From: a virus
Reading direction: 5' to 3' (one strand)
Length of the DNA stretch: 64,000 nt
Virus record (IMG/VR): IMGVR_UViG_3300017744_000003
Coordinates: 1 to 64,000 of that record
This document shows positions 30,601 through 40,397 of this stretch, piece by piece (the stretch's first letter is position 1; each line of letters opens with the position of its first letter). The notes under the pieces are model-generated. The model did no database searches and was not told where the DNA came from. It worked only from the letters and a program-made list of their open reading frames with translations. Made by a program: the position numbers and the translations under genes.

Positions 30601-32561
30601 ATCACCCCATGATGCACAAGATTAAAGCGCCACACCCCGATGGTACGAATACCACATATACCAACACTAACAATGTAGACTACGATATAACTGTTTACCC
30701 TAAGTTTGGTCGTAGATCTTTGATTGTACCCGCTCTTGTTCCTTCTATATTCGGTACTACCGAACAAACAGACGGGACTAACTTACAATCAATACCTACG
30801 GTACGTGATAGTTTAGATGGGGATTACTTCCCCGTAGAACTAGGTACTTCTAGTGAGAATGATGTTGAGGAAGGATTTACCGTTGATATTAGTGGAGAAA
30901 CCACTGCTGTAAAGATTAAAGACGGTTCGTCTATCTTGCCTTATCCGTATCATGGTACTAATCCTTCTACAGACACGGGTACGACTACTTATAGCGCAGA
31001 TACCGGTTCTATAACTGTTAGAAATAATCAAATAACTTTCCCTGCGATTGGTACACATGGTGACCCTTTAAGTCCTGGACCCGTTTTCCTACCTGCGAGT
31101 AGAGTTTATGCACAACAGGTAGGGTCTACTAACGAATTAGGGTCTACTGGTGAATTAAAAGTAGGCTTTAATCCGCTCATGACGGACTCATTATTTACAC
31201 AATGGAATGACGTATCTTCATTAGAGGACGACAATTTTCCTTATGATGAGAAGCAAACCTACTATGAGTTAGAAGCAGGCGGCGCAGCAGAGTTACCAAT
31301 TGCTTTCCAAAAAGAATATGCTTCTTGGTCTACACCTGTTTTAAGATCCTCTGTTAATACAAACACTGTTGCAGGGATTATTGATCTTGTCCGTACTTCG
31401 TTTGATACAGGGTTAGAAGACCTAACATTAAGTTCTGATTATACGTTTACTATGCCTGCTTCGGCTTCTGTAGGGAACCAAGTACCTGCGATAGGCCCAG
31501 ATAACCCCCTAGACACTTTGTTTGTAGGCGATATGGGTACTGCACTTGGTGGTCTAGGTAATCGAAAGGGTTTCTTAAGTCCATTAACTCTTGGTATTCC
31601 TATGACATATAGTGGTGTTGCACCAAATGACGCTAGTAATACCTACAGAGATTCTTTCCAACTAGCGCGTAATAACTATTTGAGTTCAAGTCTACTAAAC
31701 TTATTTAACGCTATAAACAGTATGGGTTTACAGCAGAAGTTACTTTGGAACTGTTCTTTCCGTGTACTGCACACAAGACCCGGCGGTTTTGAAAATAGTT
31801 CTACTGCACCTAAGAGTCTCACAGAAGTTATCATGGCCCATAATCGTTCTGATGGGTCGATGACCAAGACTGTTTTCCCTTCGATTAATAAAGCGCAGAG
31901 GAAACCGTTTATACACTTAATGTCTACACACCCAAACATGACAGCCGCCTTCCCTAATAAGACTCACTTGGATCATCTATATCCTTTAGTGAGCGATTCT
32001 ACTGGAGGTAGTCATGATGCGACTCTTACAAATAACAGATATGACTACACTGATGAAAAAGTTAGAACATCTTCTATGGGTGATACTTATGCTGTAGACC
32101 CCTTTGATAGTATGATGAACACAGCTATCCTTGGAAACGATAACCCATTAAGGACTACAGAAAACCTATCTACTAATAGCGGTATAGAGATCGACTTGAT
32201 CTCTGAGTTAAGTATGGTTCATACGGACGCAGACGACTATGACTTAAACACTGCTGTTCAGCCTACAGGTAGTACTGACTTTGTTAACCTACAACAGACT
32301 ATGCCTACAGCTAATGAACTAACTTTACCAGGAGATCATGAGTTAGTGTTTGTTCTTTACACAGGTCACTACGGTGCTAAAATGTATGACACGCAGGGTG
32401 TAGTGGACACTGCATATATCCCACCAGTTGCCGGTTGTCACTTGACTGCTACTTTAGAGATCAACCGACCTTCTGAGCGCATTAGTTCTACAGACGCCAA
32501 TCTAAACAACAAGCATTATGGACAACAAGTCACCACTTACGCTATCCCTAGTACTAAATAA
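27645..32561 (+). CDS. large tail/baseplate protein with DUF6519-like N-terminus
   Basis: FDKTKQYNKVVFQQGKPILDVDLND and FETTHRSQLRW; 1638 aa, Ser/Thr/Asp-rich. Confidence 0.7.
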   Translation: MASTPNLSNPSHEFDKTKQYNKVVFQQGKPILDVDLNDMSAALQAQANSALIEKMGYGPSQLDYRDWAMTAVSSVTPTSDRNKDNFAVTLGHLDTRKGVLDTSSYRSADALSPSVIFDYGKIVDQTATDAKDRPYANYILRGVVGANSTTTKVSDQEKSFNSNHILTEYNYLEAITPSYSNVSSTSKSDETRATNNHVVRLREGACRIRFITGNLAGEERDIEAIASTVLNFASNPLNSAPDVGSEYVVLPPNTLSAYRNLYNAANTQDASKSEGLLGLPKLVTYIQTFEEDISSTEDSDIQSSSLGFETTHRSQLRWCIRVAMVNSSIDNDPGYAGVSASLGTEHIFALLTDNKFVDYQVLLDSTDSTASLHNSYEQSLFWAQTDSTGARTDTLLGDQESPFGDLGLTPSHFFNANEHKVDNMFWSFLKGLFLKVHGQFNDFVILNVFNSESKSSDPANETLSEYFVPGAQTDTTAAPIVHAFLSTGSAFQRVAGDVNAVPASFKSPARIFNTHADLSADNMKSRTLHGLRGGIIYGTTAGAPLVFPSTSSHLALVDQMLLGMSGLGSAQGSTKAGERVPSAIDFTLANTTASLAQSGTGVGAIKMISPISASTISAGSTGSFLTGSSSYLLREKGSRASHTVNVDDADLGWSLYKAEEGNLVDPTTNRSDLTLRGWEEGMAQAAAFQQGINFRKLAIKTTAHKSMDLFTISESPAQINSDIGAARNQKASSLAFMIPQDQVSNINGNLFIDSYSASARDFIGLGDPTLNDNNFTAHNFIPANVDRFDVKPLLQNAYKGNGGVKGFDALANQERDLARNYGPWNRFDAGSISSSDNFTSDDGDLSVVNDLWSNRCTAMRLRYHVGDFYPGEVDVRGVPRNLLVDSMNLFMKVEPLSLAHWMTMPKHQHSILENSVSFAEGIEALLKVAHGLGDTQKLVNGSDQPLIQSNSPALSEGGDYQSRSVGDVDPLNLPFEHYKQPFVHWYHPMMHKIKAPHPDGTNTTYTNTNNVDYDITVYPKFGRRSLIVPALVPSIFGTTEQTDGTNLQSIPTVRDSLDGDYFPVELGTSSENDVEEGFTVDISGETTAVKIKDGSSILPYPYHGTNPSTDTGTTTYSADTGSITVRNNQITFPAIGTHGDPLSPGPVFLPASRVYAQQVGSTNELGSTGELKVGFNPLMTDSLFTQWNDVSSLEDDNFPYDEKQTYYELEAGGAAELPIAFQKEYASWSTPVLRSSVNTNTVAGIIDLVRTSFDTGLEDLTLSSDYTFTMPASASVGNQVPAIGPDNPLDTLFVGDMGTALGGLGNRKGFLSPLTLGIPMTYSGVAPNDASNTYRDSFQLARNNYLSSSLLNLFNAINSMGLQQKLLWNCSFRVLHTRPGGFENSSTAPKSLTEVIMAHNRSDGSMTKTVFPSINKAQRKPFIHLMSTHPNMTAAFPNKTHLDHLYPLVSDSTGGSHDATLTNNRYDYTDEKVRTSSMGDTYAVDPFDSMMNTAILGNDNPLRTTENLSTNSGIEIDLISELSMVHTDADDYDLNTAVQPTGSTDFVNLQQTMPTANELTLPGDHELVFVLYTGHYGAKMYDTQGVVDTAYIPPVAGCHLTATLEINRPSERISSTDANLNNKHYGQQVTTYAIPSTK

Positions 32562-32572
32562 GGAGTCTCATT

Positions 32573-32941
32573 ATGGAAGAGATCGCACAGCATATCATTA
32601 AGGAAGTTATCCCCGTACTTGGGGCTATCTTGACAGCTCTAGCTACTTACGGAGTTTCTTTGCTTACTAAGCGTTATAAGATTCAACTCAACGAGGAGCA
32701 CCATATCCTTATGCGCCTGGCAGTACGTAAGGCTATCAGTGGTGCTGAAGAGTGGGCTCACCGTAAAGCTAAGATAGAAGAGCGTTCTGTAAGGGGTGCT
32801 GAGAAGGCTGTTTGGGTACATGCCCGTATTCAAAGTATGTTCCCCAATCTAGCTTCAGACGAACTTGACACGTTAATCGATGAGGAACTTGGCTCTATAA
32901 AGGGAGTCGGTTCAAGCGGTGACAAGGGTCTTGATGTATGA
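32573..32941 (+). CDS. holin (LL-H-like)
   Basis: Single N-terminal TM, AVRKAISGAEE, GAEK, ELDTLIDEEL; AAGGAG RBS. Confidence 0.7.
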   Translation: MEEIAQHIIKEVIPVLGAILTALATYGVSLLTKRYKIQLNEEHHILMRLAVRKAISGAEEWAHRKAKIEERSVRGAEKAVWVHARIQSMFPNLASDELDTLIDEELGSIKGVGSSGDKGLDV

Positions 32942-33156
32942 TTACTTTGTTAGGTTCTCTTTTATCTGCACTTATCCCTATTCTATTGAAGACATTATCT
33001 GATAGAATGGAGACTCCGCAGAATAAGGAGAAGCCTAATGCAATTAAAGAATTACACAGGGCGAAAGACAGCATTGGAGTTGCTGTGGCTTGGAAGCGTC
33101 ATGATAATCGCCTTGAGCGGTTGTTGCTTAAAGCCAAGGCCCGCAACCGACCATGA
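32938..33156 (+). CDS. putative inner-membrane spanin
   Basis: N-terminal TM then a charged helix; after holin and overlapped by a lipoprotein gene. Confidence 0.5.
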   Translation: MITLLGSLLSALIPILLKTLSDRMETPQNKEKPNAIKELHRAKDSIGVAVAWKRHDNRLERLLLKAKARNRP

Positions 33157-33301
33157 TCCTGTCATAGTTGTTGAAAAGTCTGAGATAGTGCAGAACCCTG
33201 ATGGGAGCTACACTGTTTCTGAGGGTTGGATGCTTCAGCGTATGAATATGGAGCAGAACCTTGGCGAGGCTCTAAGTATGTGTGTTGGAGGTGAAGAATG
33301 A
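33038..33301 (+). CDS. putative outer-membrane spanin lipoprotein
   Basis: AAGGAG RBS at 33025; basic N-terminus, hydrophobic stretch and lipobox LSG-C. Confidence 0.6.
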   Translation: MQLKNYTGRKTALELLWLGSVMIIALSGCCLKPRPATDHDPVIVVEKSEIVQNPDGSYTVSEGWMLQRMNMEQNLGEALSMCVGGEE

Positions 33302-33651
33302 TCTCTGGTATATATAATATGACGATAGAGCAGGGCAGTACTTTCAAACTAGCTTTGTATTGGAAGAACAGCGCCAATCAACCTGTACCAATGAGCAACT
33401 ATACTGCTAAGATGCAAATAAGAGCATCTACCGGAGCAAGTGTTGTTCTTTTAGAACTAACAAGCGCTGATTCTGATCAGATTCAAATATACGAGAATCA
33501 AGGCGCTATTAATCTTACAATTGGTTATGAGCAGACACAGAACTTACCGCCCTCAGTTTGTGTTTACGACTTAGAGGTAACTTCTCCAGAGAATGTTAGA
33601 ACTAAACTTATAAAAGGTCGATGCCGTATTGAGGGAGAGGTTACACGATGA
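33298..33651 (+). CDS. small beta-sandwich virion structural protein
   Basis: YNMTIEQGSTF, YTAKMQIR, VYDLEV, KLIKG----EVTR, common before fibre genes. Confidence 0.7.
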   Translation: MISGIYNMTIEQGSTFKLALYWKNSANQPVPMSNYTAKMQIRASTGASVVLLELTSADSDQIQIYENQGAINLTIGYEQTQNLPPSVCVYDLEVTSPENVRTKLIKGRCRIEGEVTR

Positions 33652-36600
33652 AAGTTGACGTATATCCAAATATTACAAATGTTGAAGTTTATGAGAATCC
33701 TATCTCTGTACCTGTAGAGGCTACTTGGGAGAAAGTTACATTCTTGGTAGCTAACCCAGTCGTTAATACTTTTGACCTTGGTCGAGAGGTGGCTACAGAC
33801 CGTGACGGTGACTTTGTTCTTCAAGTCTCTCTAAATGGTGTACAAGCAGAATACGGAGACGACTTCACTTTAGAAGGCAGCGTTATTAATTGGGTAAGTC
33901 AACAGATTGCGCTAGAGTCGGACGAAGAACTTGTTATTTGGTATTCCCCCAAAACCATTTATGGTAGCGTCCCTGGTAGTGGCGAAGTATCAAGTCTAAA
34001 CGACCTTAACGATGTTGTGTTAGCGGGTCCACAAGCAGGCCAAGTACTTGTTAGAGACGGTAATGGGGACTTTGCTAATAAGTTCTTAAATGCCGGAGAC
34101 AACGTAACTATTACTTCAAACGCTAACGGCGTAACCATAGCTGCAAACCCTTTGGCGGGTTCAAGTGATGGGGCTCAAGGAGCAATACAAACTTCAGACG
34201 GCAACAATGGATTTACAGCCGTAAATTGGTCAGTAGCTGATAACCATCTTATCCCTAGTTTAGACAGTCAGTACGACATTGGTTCTGCGGCTAATAAAGT
34301 TAGAGACATATATATGAGTGGTAACACTCTTTATATAGGGGACGGTCAGATATCTGTTAATGGAGATGCTATACAGTTTGCACAAGGACTTCAGACTAAG
34401 ACTTTAGCAACGACTGACGATGTTTCTCCCGACACCTTAGTAGCCTCTAGTACATTTGTGTCTGCTGTTACAGGACCACAAGGACCACAAGGATTAGCGG
34501 GTGCTGATGGCTCTATTGGTCCACAAGGGCCACAGGGTCCACAAGGTGCTCAAGGAGACGTTGGTTCACAAGGTCTACAAGGGGTACAAGGAGTCGCAGG
34601 CCCACAGGGTTTAACAGGCCCTTCGGGTGCAGATGGTGCTGACGGTTCAACAGGACCACAAGGGCCACAAGGTATTCAAGGAGTAGCAGGTGCTGTCGGT
34701 CCTCAAGGGTTAGTAGGAGATACAGGAGCAGATGGCGCAGATGGTGCTGTTGGCCCACAAGGGCCACAAGGGTTACAGGGTGTCCAAGGACCACAAGGTC
34801 CTCAAGGAGACACAGGCGCTGACGGTGCGGTTGGTCCACAAGGTGATGTAGGTCCTCAAGGGTCTCAAGGGTCTCAAGGGCCACAAGGTGAGGTAGGGCC
34901 ACAAGGTGATGTTGGACCACAGGGACCGCAAGGTGTTGCAGGACCACAAGGTCCACAGGGACTTCAAGGAGACGCAGGGGCGCAAGGATCTCAAGGATCT
35001 CAAGGTGTTCAAGGTGTTCAAGGTGTAGCTGGTTCCGGTGTAACATTTAAGGGTTCAGTTTCTAGTGATCCAAGTGGTAGTGGTGTGGTTACACTAACAA
35101 ATGCTGCCACATTTACTCCTTCACAAGGAGATGCCGTACTTAGTCAAGTAGATGACTCTTTATTCATCTATGGTGAAACAGATTGGGTTGATGGCGGTTC
35201 TATCCAAGGCCCCCAAGGTATTCAAGGTGTAGCAGGTCCACAAGGACCACAAGGTGCTCAAGGTATCCAGGGTGTGGCAGGATCTGATGGCGCAGATGGC
35301 GCAGATGGTGCTGTTGGCCCACAAGGCCCCCAAGGTATTCAAGGTGTAGCAGGTCCACAAGGACCACAGGGATCTACGGGTGCAGATGGTGCTGATGGTT
35401 CAACAGGACCACAAGGCCCCCAAGGTATTCAAGGGTTACAAGGAGAAGCAGGAGCTACAGGACCACAAGGTGTAGCAGGTGCAGATGGTGCTGATGGTTC
35501 AACAGGACCACAAGGCCCCCAGGGACTTCAAGGAGACGCAGGACCACAAGGACCACAAGGTGTAGCAGGTGCTGACGGCCCTCAAGGACCCACAGGCGCT
35601 AGTGGAACAGCAGGTGCAAGTGTTACAACTCTAGCAATTTCTAATAATACTGTAGCTACAGCGCTTAGTGATGGTACCAATATCAGCGGTTCTGTTGCTA
35701 TGGACCTTACATCTCTTTCTGATGTAGACATTACAGATACTGCGCACACTTTAAGTGACGGCTATGTACTTACTTATGACTCTACACACAGTCATTGGCA
35801 TCCAGAGTCCCCTACAGAGATTACAGCAGGCGCAATAGCTGTGGGGGATTCTTCAGTAACTATTGCTGACACCGGCACTAACGGAAATATTAACTTTACA
35901 ACTGATGGCACTTCTCGTTGGGACGTAACTTCAGCAGGTCACATCATTCCTGCGACTGACGCAGACTATGATATTGGTAACGCTAGCAATAAGGTTAGGC
36001 ACTTATTTCTAAGTGACAATAGCGTTAAACTTGCCAGTGGTGATATTGGTGCAGATGCTGAAGGTGATCTTACCTATACTAAAACAGGTGAAACTGTTTC
36101 TAAGGTAGCAACGCAAACAGGCAACTTACTCACAGTAAAGGGTGACACAACTAGTGCAGCTATAAAGCTAAACTGCGAAGACAATATTCACGGTATTACG
36201 ATTCAATCGCCTGCCAATTCCGAAGGAGCCTCTTATACGCTTACATTGCCTAGCGACACGGGAACTGCTGATCAAGTCCTAAAGACTGATGGCAATGGTG
36301 CTTTAGGTTGGGTTGATCAAGGAGGAGGTGGCGCATCCGTTGATGGTGGGTTCACTCCTATACCGGGGCCTTTGACCGCTAGCCTTTGGAATGGTCGATA
36401 CACTACCTTCGTTATTTACACACCAAATGGCACTACGAATAATATAGTAGCTACTATGCCATCTCAAGGAGAGCATAACGCTTTGTTAAACCCTAACTAC
36501 TCTAGTTATAAGTTTATTTATAGCTTCATGGTAGTTGGTGGCACAAATGTAAGTTACTTACTAGAACTTCCCAGTATAGTAAGAGTATATGGACTGAGTT

Positions 36601-36719
36601 CATCTGGTTACGTTCAAGGCCCAACTACAGTTGCTTTAGAAAAATATAAAATTTATACTTTTGCGGCTTATAGTAATCGTGGCTGGTATTTAGTCAATGA
36701 AAAGGCTTACTTACCCTAA
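33648..36719 (+). CDS. collagen-like fibre protein
   Basis: Two Gly-X-Y blocks (GPQGPQG) flanked by globular domains. Confidence 0.88.
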   Translation: MKVDVYPNITNVEVYENPISVPVEATWEKVTFLVANPVVNTFDLGREVATDRDGDFVLQVSLNGVQAEYGDDFTLEGSVINWVSQQIALESDEELVIWYSPKTIYGSVPGSGEVSSLNDLNDVVLAGPQAGQVLVRDGNGDFANKFLNAGDNVTITSNANGVTIAANPLAGSSDGAQGAIQTSDGNNGFTAVNWSVADNHLIPSLDSQYDIGSAANKVRDIYMSGNTLYIGDGQISVNGDAIQFAQGLQTKTLATTDDVSPDTLVASSTFVSAVTGPQGPQGLAGADGSIGPQGPQGPQGAQGDVGSQGLQGVQGVAGPQGLTGPSGADGADGSTGPQGPQGIQGVAGAVGPQGLVGDTGADGADGAVGPQGPQGLQGVQGPQGPQGDTGADGAVGPQGDVGPQGSQGSQGPQGEVGPQGDVGPQGPQGVAGPQGPQGLQGDAGAQGSQGSQGVQGVQGVAGSGVTFKGSVSSDPSGSGVVTLTNAATFTPSQGDAVLSQVDDSLFIYGETDWVDGGSIQGPQGIQGVAGPQGPQGAQGIQGVAGSDGADGADGAVGPQGPQGIQGVAGPQGPQGSTGADGADGSTGPQGPQGIQGLQGEAGATGPQGVAGADGADGSTGPQGPQGLQGDAGPQGPQGVAGADGPQGPTGASGTAGASVTTLAISNNTVATALSDGTNISGSVAMDLTSLSDVDITDTAHTLSDGYVLTYDSTHSHWHPESPTEITAGAIAVGDSSVTIADTGTNGNINFTTDGTSRWDVTSAGHIIPATDADYDIGNASNKVRHLFLSDNSVKLASGDIGADAEGDLTYTKTGETVSKVATQTGNLLTVKGDTTSAAIKLNCEDNIHGITIQSPANSEGASYTLTLPSDTGTADQVLKTDGNGALGWVDQGGGGASVDGGFTPIPGPLTASLWNGRYTTFVIYTPNGTTNNIVATMPSQGEHNALLNPNYSSYKFIYSFMVVGGTNVSYLLELPSIVRVYGLSSSGYVQGPTTVALEKYKIYTFAAYSNRGWYLVNEKAYLP
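34473..35619 (+). repeat. collagen Gly-X-Y coding repeats (9-bp unit, e.g. GGACCACAA), two blocks split by a globular insert
   Basis: Directly visible tandem repeats; end coordinate approximate. Confidence 0.9.
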
Positions 36720-36761
36720 AACTTAAAAATTCACTTAAAAATAAATATAAAGGAGTCTACT

Positions 36762-38096
36762 ATGGCTTTAATTAAAGGCAAACAGTTAGCTGATGCGGCT
36801 ATTGTTGAATCTAAAATTGCGGATAGTGCGGTTACTGCTGATAAACTTTCGGGTAGTATCCCTGCAAGTAAACTAGACCTTGAGGGTATTTTCGATTTTT
36901 CAAGTGGTACTCTTAGTGCTGCTACTCCTACAGCTTCGGGTCATGTGGCTACTAAAGGCTATGTAGATGGTGTTAAGCAATCTCTTGATATTAAAGAGAG
37001 TGTAAGAGTCGCAACTACTTCAGAGTTAGGTGTTACCTACTTAAGCGGTGTGCTTACCGCTACGGCTAATGGCGCGATCTCTATTGATGGCGTTGCACTT
37101 GCTAGTTCAGATCGTATTCTTGTAAAGAACCAAGGTACAGCTAACTCTGCCTCTGAAAATGGTATTTATACTGTTACTACAGTTGGTGATGGTTCAAATG
37201 CTTACGTGCTTACTAGGGCTGACGACTTCAATACGGACGCAGACATTAGTTCAGGCGCTTTCTGCTTTGTCGAACAGGGTACAGACAATGGTGACCAAGG
37301 TTTCGTACTCACTACTAACGAGTCGATTACCTTAGACACTACTGACCTTTCCTTCACTCAGTTCTCAGGCGCTGGGCAGATCTCTGCGGGAAGTGGACTA
37401 CAAAAAGATTCTAATGAACTGTCTATCGTTTTAGACCTAAACTCAGGTCTTTCCGTAAGCGGGAGTGGTCTAAAGATTGATGGGTCAGAACTTGCTGCCG
37501 GTGCATTAGCTGTAGCTAACGATGAAATTCTGTTTATTGATTCGGACGGTGGCACTAAACGAGAGTCTGTTGCTGACTTATCAACAGCTATGGCAGGTAA
37601 CGGTATCTCTGCGAATGCGGGTGTTCTAGCCGCAGACTTAAAAGCAACGGGTGGTCTTGAGATTGACTCTGCTGAAATCTCTGTAAAGAAGGCTGACTCT
37701 TCGGTTAGCAGTGACGCTACCGGTCTTAAAGTTAATCTTAATGCAGAAGGTTCTATTGCTATTAAAGGTAATGCAGGACTAAGCGCACCCATTATGGCAA
37801 CTGCTGATCTTGGTAAAGCACCTGGGGCTGTATCTGCTGATGGTACCGACACTACTATTAATATCACAAATACACCTGCGGCTGATGGTGCCGTTCGTAT
37901 CTTTGTTAATGGTATTGGTGCGGAGCTTGGAGATGGCGTTAAGACTAAAGACTGCTACTTTAGCGATGATGGTGGTACGACTGCTCGATCTATCGCAGAC
38001 ATTACTGCCGCTGATGACCTTTTCTGGAATGGCGCTTCTGTTTACGCTCTTGATAACACTGATGTTATCGACATTGTGTACGCTTTCATTAACTAA
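36762..38096 (+). CDS. fibre/decoration structural protein
   Basis: ATKGYVD, KESVRVATT, DRILVKNQ--ENGIY, LTRADDF, FVEQGT, FTQFSGAG; strong RBS. Confidence 0.8.
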   Translation: MALIKGKQLADAAIVESKIADSAVTADKLSGSIPASKLDLEGIFDFSSGTLSAATPTASGHVATKGYVDGVKQSLDIKESVRVATTSELGVTYLSGVLTATANGAISIDGVALASSDRILVKNQGTANSASENGIYTVTTVGDGSNAYVLTRADDFNTDADISSGAFCFVEQGTDNGDQGFVLTTNESITLDTTDLSFTQFSGAGQISAGSGLQKDSNELSIVLDLNSGLSVSGSGLKIDGSELAAGALAVANDEILFIDSDGGTKRESVADLSTAMAGNGISANAGVLAADLKATGGLEIDSAEISVKKADSSVSSDATGLKVNLNAEGSIAIKGNAGLSAPIMATADLGKAPGAVSADGTDTTINITNTPAADGAVRIFVNGIGAELGDGVKTKDCYFSDDGGTTARSIADITAADDLFWNGASVYALDNTDVIDIVYAFIN

Positions 38097-38103
38097 GTTT
38101 CTT

Positions 38104-38191
38104 TAGGCAGCTTACTGCCTATAAAATAAAACAACGTTTATGTTTGACTACTTAGGGCAGGTCTACCAAGATGGAGGCTCTGCCCTTTTTT
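38104..38191 (+). terminator. two hairpins, the second a probable intrinsic terminator
   Basis: TAGGCAG-CTTA-CTGCCTA (38104-38121); AGGGCAG...CTGCCCT followed by a T run (38154-38191). Confidence 0.6.
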
Positions 38192-38207
38192 ATTGGAGAA
38201 ATATGTT

Positions 38208-39290
38208 ATGAAAGTAAAAGGAAAGCAACTAGAGGATACTTTACGTAGCTCAGAAGCACCCTTCGCCGCTGTATATGCCACAGAATTTATTGGTGGCATG
38301 GACGGTTCGATACGCTTTAAGTGTAAGAATGCTGAGTCTGACGCTCTTGCTAAAGGTGAAGTAGTTTACATTAGCGGCGTTAGTGGTGATGTGCCAGAAG
38401 TACAAAGAGCAGACGCTGACGGTGCGGGGACTATGCCTGCTGTAGGGTTATGCGAATCTTCCGCCAATGCGAGTGCGGAAGTGTACATTGTAAGTTTTGG
38501 TAACTTAACCGGCATGAATACAAGCGCTTTGAATACGACTTCACCTTCCGTAAGTATTGTGGGTAGATCTGTTTACGTGAGCACAACATCTGGTGAGTTA
38601 ACGATAGACCCTCCCGCAGGTTCTACAGCTAAACTACAAAACATTGGGCAGATTGTACGAGAACATAGTTCAGAGGGTATTATAAAAGTAGGAGGAGCAG
38701 GACGTACCGCAGCTACTCCCAATCTTGATGAAGGTCATTTTTTCGTAGGTGATGCTAATAACAAGAGCATTGAGAGCGCTTATCAGCTACCGCTGACTGT
38801 AGGTACAAGTGGGCAAGTATTAACGTCAAACGGTACGAATGTGACTTTTCAGGATGCAACCGGCGCAAGTGCGCCCACATCACTAACAGCAAGCGTTGCT
38901 GTAGGAGATTTCACACCCACACATTGGATCACAGATCCTTCTAACACAACAGTCTTTACAATTAATCTGCCGACAACTCGTTATCAAATGACACAGGCTT
39001 TTTCAAATGACGGAGAAACATTCATTATAGAAAATCCGAGTAAAGCTGTTGTGACATTGAGAATTTCAGATGCTCAACAATACATCAATAGTGAGTATTA
39101 TCAGTCATTCATACGTCATGAGGGCGATTATGACGACCAGGGTGTTGGCACAGGTGAGCCCCTCACGTATAATATTCAACCTCTTACAAATGTTAAAGTT
39201 CACATAAAAAAAGAGTACGAGGTGGACGGTACTCCATACAGTTTCAATATAAATCGCGTTGTTTATCATGTAGTTGTGGGAGGTCTTTAA
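38208..39290 (+). CDS. fibre/cement-like structural protein
   Basis: GGAG RBS before ATG 38208; KGEVVYISG, ADA---MPAVG, LQNIGQIVR. Confidence 0.7.
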   Translation: MKVKGKQLEDTLRSSEAPFAAVYATEFIGGMDGSIRFKCKNAESDALAKGEVVYISGVSGDVPEVQRADADGAGTMPAVGLCESSANASAEVYIVSFGNLTGMNTSALNTTSPSVSIVGRSVYVSTTSGELTIDPPAGSTAKLQNIGQIVREHSSEGIIKVGGAGRTAATPNLDEGHFFVGDANNKSIESAYQLPLTVGTSGQVLTSNGTNVTFQDATGASAPTSLTASVAVGDFTPTHWITDPSNTTVFTINLPTTRYQMTQAFSNDGETFIIENPSKAVVTLRISDAQQYINSEYYQSFIRHEGDYDDQGVGTGEPLTYNIQPLTNVKVHIKKEYEVDGTPYSFNINRVVYHVVVGGL

Positions 39291-39379
39291 TCTTTTATAT
39301 ATAGTACCCTATCATTGACTTAGTTAACTCTGGTGTTCTTCAACTAACCATATAACTCTTAAATTAAAACGGATAAATA

Positions 39380-39691
39380 ATGAAAGCAATAAAAGCAAAA
39401 TCTAGTAAAAAAGACCCTTTTGACAGCCATAAACGAACAAAAGAGTCTAACTTGCCTTTTGTTAAAGCAAGTAGGACTCTTTACATGAACAAAAGTGCTT
39501 ATGCGGTATTAGGTACCGAGGGGTTCAAATATAATGGTGAAAACCAGTTAGACCGTGAATCTGAAGTTAAAGAGGGTGAAGGTTACTTAGATGTAGAAAC
39601 CGTAATTAATGTTCTAATACATGAACTTATGGTAACTAAGTCGGATCTACTTAAACTCAAAAAAGTTGTTGAAAAGTCTGAGGTAGTGTAG
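39380..39691 (+). CDS. hypothetical protein, possible stand-alone fibre chaperone
   Basis: C-terminal YLDVETVINVLIHEL...LKK coiled coil. Confidence 0.55.
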   Translation: MKAIKAKSSKKDPFDSHKRTKESNLPFVKASRTLYMNKSAYAVLGTEGFKYNGENQLDRESEVKEGEGYLDVETVINVLIHELMVTKSDLLKLKKVVEKSEVV

Positions 39692-40053
39692 TGAGCCTGC
39701 ATGATTACAAACCTTTGTTTTTTGAGAATAGCCGTGTACCTATTTGGTTAAGCAAAGTAACACCTATAGAGATTAACGCGATCACTTTGTTTTGTTTCGT
39801 ATTTTCTAGGGGAGAGATATCCGATCAGACCAAACGACATGAGACTATACACTTCCAGCAGTTCTTAGAGACGGGGGTTATTGGCTTTATTGTCTTGTAC
39901 TACCTGGACTATGCTTATCGTTACTTGAAGTACAGAGACGGTAAGAAGGCTTACCGTATGATCTGCTTTGAACAAGAGGCACACGACAACGATCACCTAG
40001 AAGATTACTTATCTAATCGTAAGCGTTATGCTTGGACAGGGCTGAGACGTTAA
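39691..40053 (+). CDS. small HExxH zincin-like protein
   Basis: AITLF, RHETIHFQQ, FEQEA. Confidence 0.7.
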   Translation: MSLHDYKPLFFENSRVPIWLSKVTPIEINAITLFCFVFSRGEISDQTKRHETIHFQQFLETGVIGFIVLYYLDYAYRYLKYRDGKKAYRMICFEQEAHDNDHLEDYLSNRKRYAWTGLRR

Positions 40054-40065
40054 GTTCTTAAACAA

Positions 40066-40116
40066 GTCGCTCTTATATATAGTATATAATATAAGATACA
40101 GTATATATATAAGAGC
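40066..40116. promoter_or_regulatory. AT-rich inverted-repeat element, copy 2
   Basis: 13-bp arms GCTCTTATATATA (40069-40081) and TATATATAAGAGC (40104-40116), then AGGAG RBS. Confidence 0.65.
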
Positions 40117-40127
40117 AGGAGCTTACG

Positions 40128-40397
40128 ATGTTGGATAAGATGAGTGACGATGAGTTATTGGCTAGGTCTATCGAATACTCAGCAGCGGGTATTAAGGATC
40201 GTTTTGAAGAAGACTATCAGGTAGCCTTAGTATCAGCGACTTCTAGTGTTGATTTGGATATGAGTTCTGATAAAGGTTGTATCATTGTTCACATGAAAGG
40301 TGGAGACGCTTTACCTTATCGAAAAGGCGATTGGGTGCAGGTTAGAGAGGCTAAAGGATCTATGTTTTCAGTAGGTGTGTATAAAAAACATCGATAA
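40128..40397 (+). CDS. hypothetical protein
   Basis: AGGAG RBS, clean ORF. Confidence 0.6.
   Translation: MLDKMSDDELLARSIEYSAAGIKDRFEEDYQVALVSATSSVDLDMSSDKGCIIVHMKGGDALPYRKGDWVQVREAKGSMFSVGVYKKHR

Noticed and set aside
9347-32561. Bacterial eCIS, tailocin or T6SS locus
   Set aside because: Contiguous with terminase, portal, capsid and a full replication module, so it is a phage
34513-35360. Minus-strand ORFs over the collagen region
   Set aside because: Shadow ORFs of the Gly-X-Y repeat
36721-36742. Direct repeat ACTTAAAAAT x2 upstream of 36762
   Set aside because: Short, AT-rich and not noticed elsewhere; compatible with chance
27645-39290. Diversity-generating retroelement or invertible fibre cassette
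   Set aside because: No reverse transcriptase, invertase or template/variable repeat pair seen in the window
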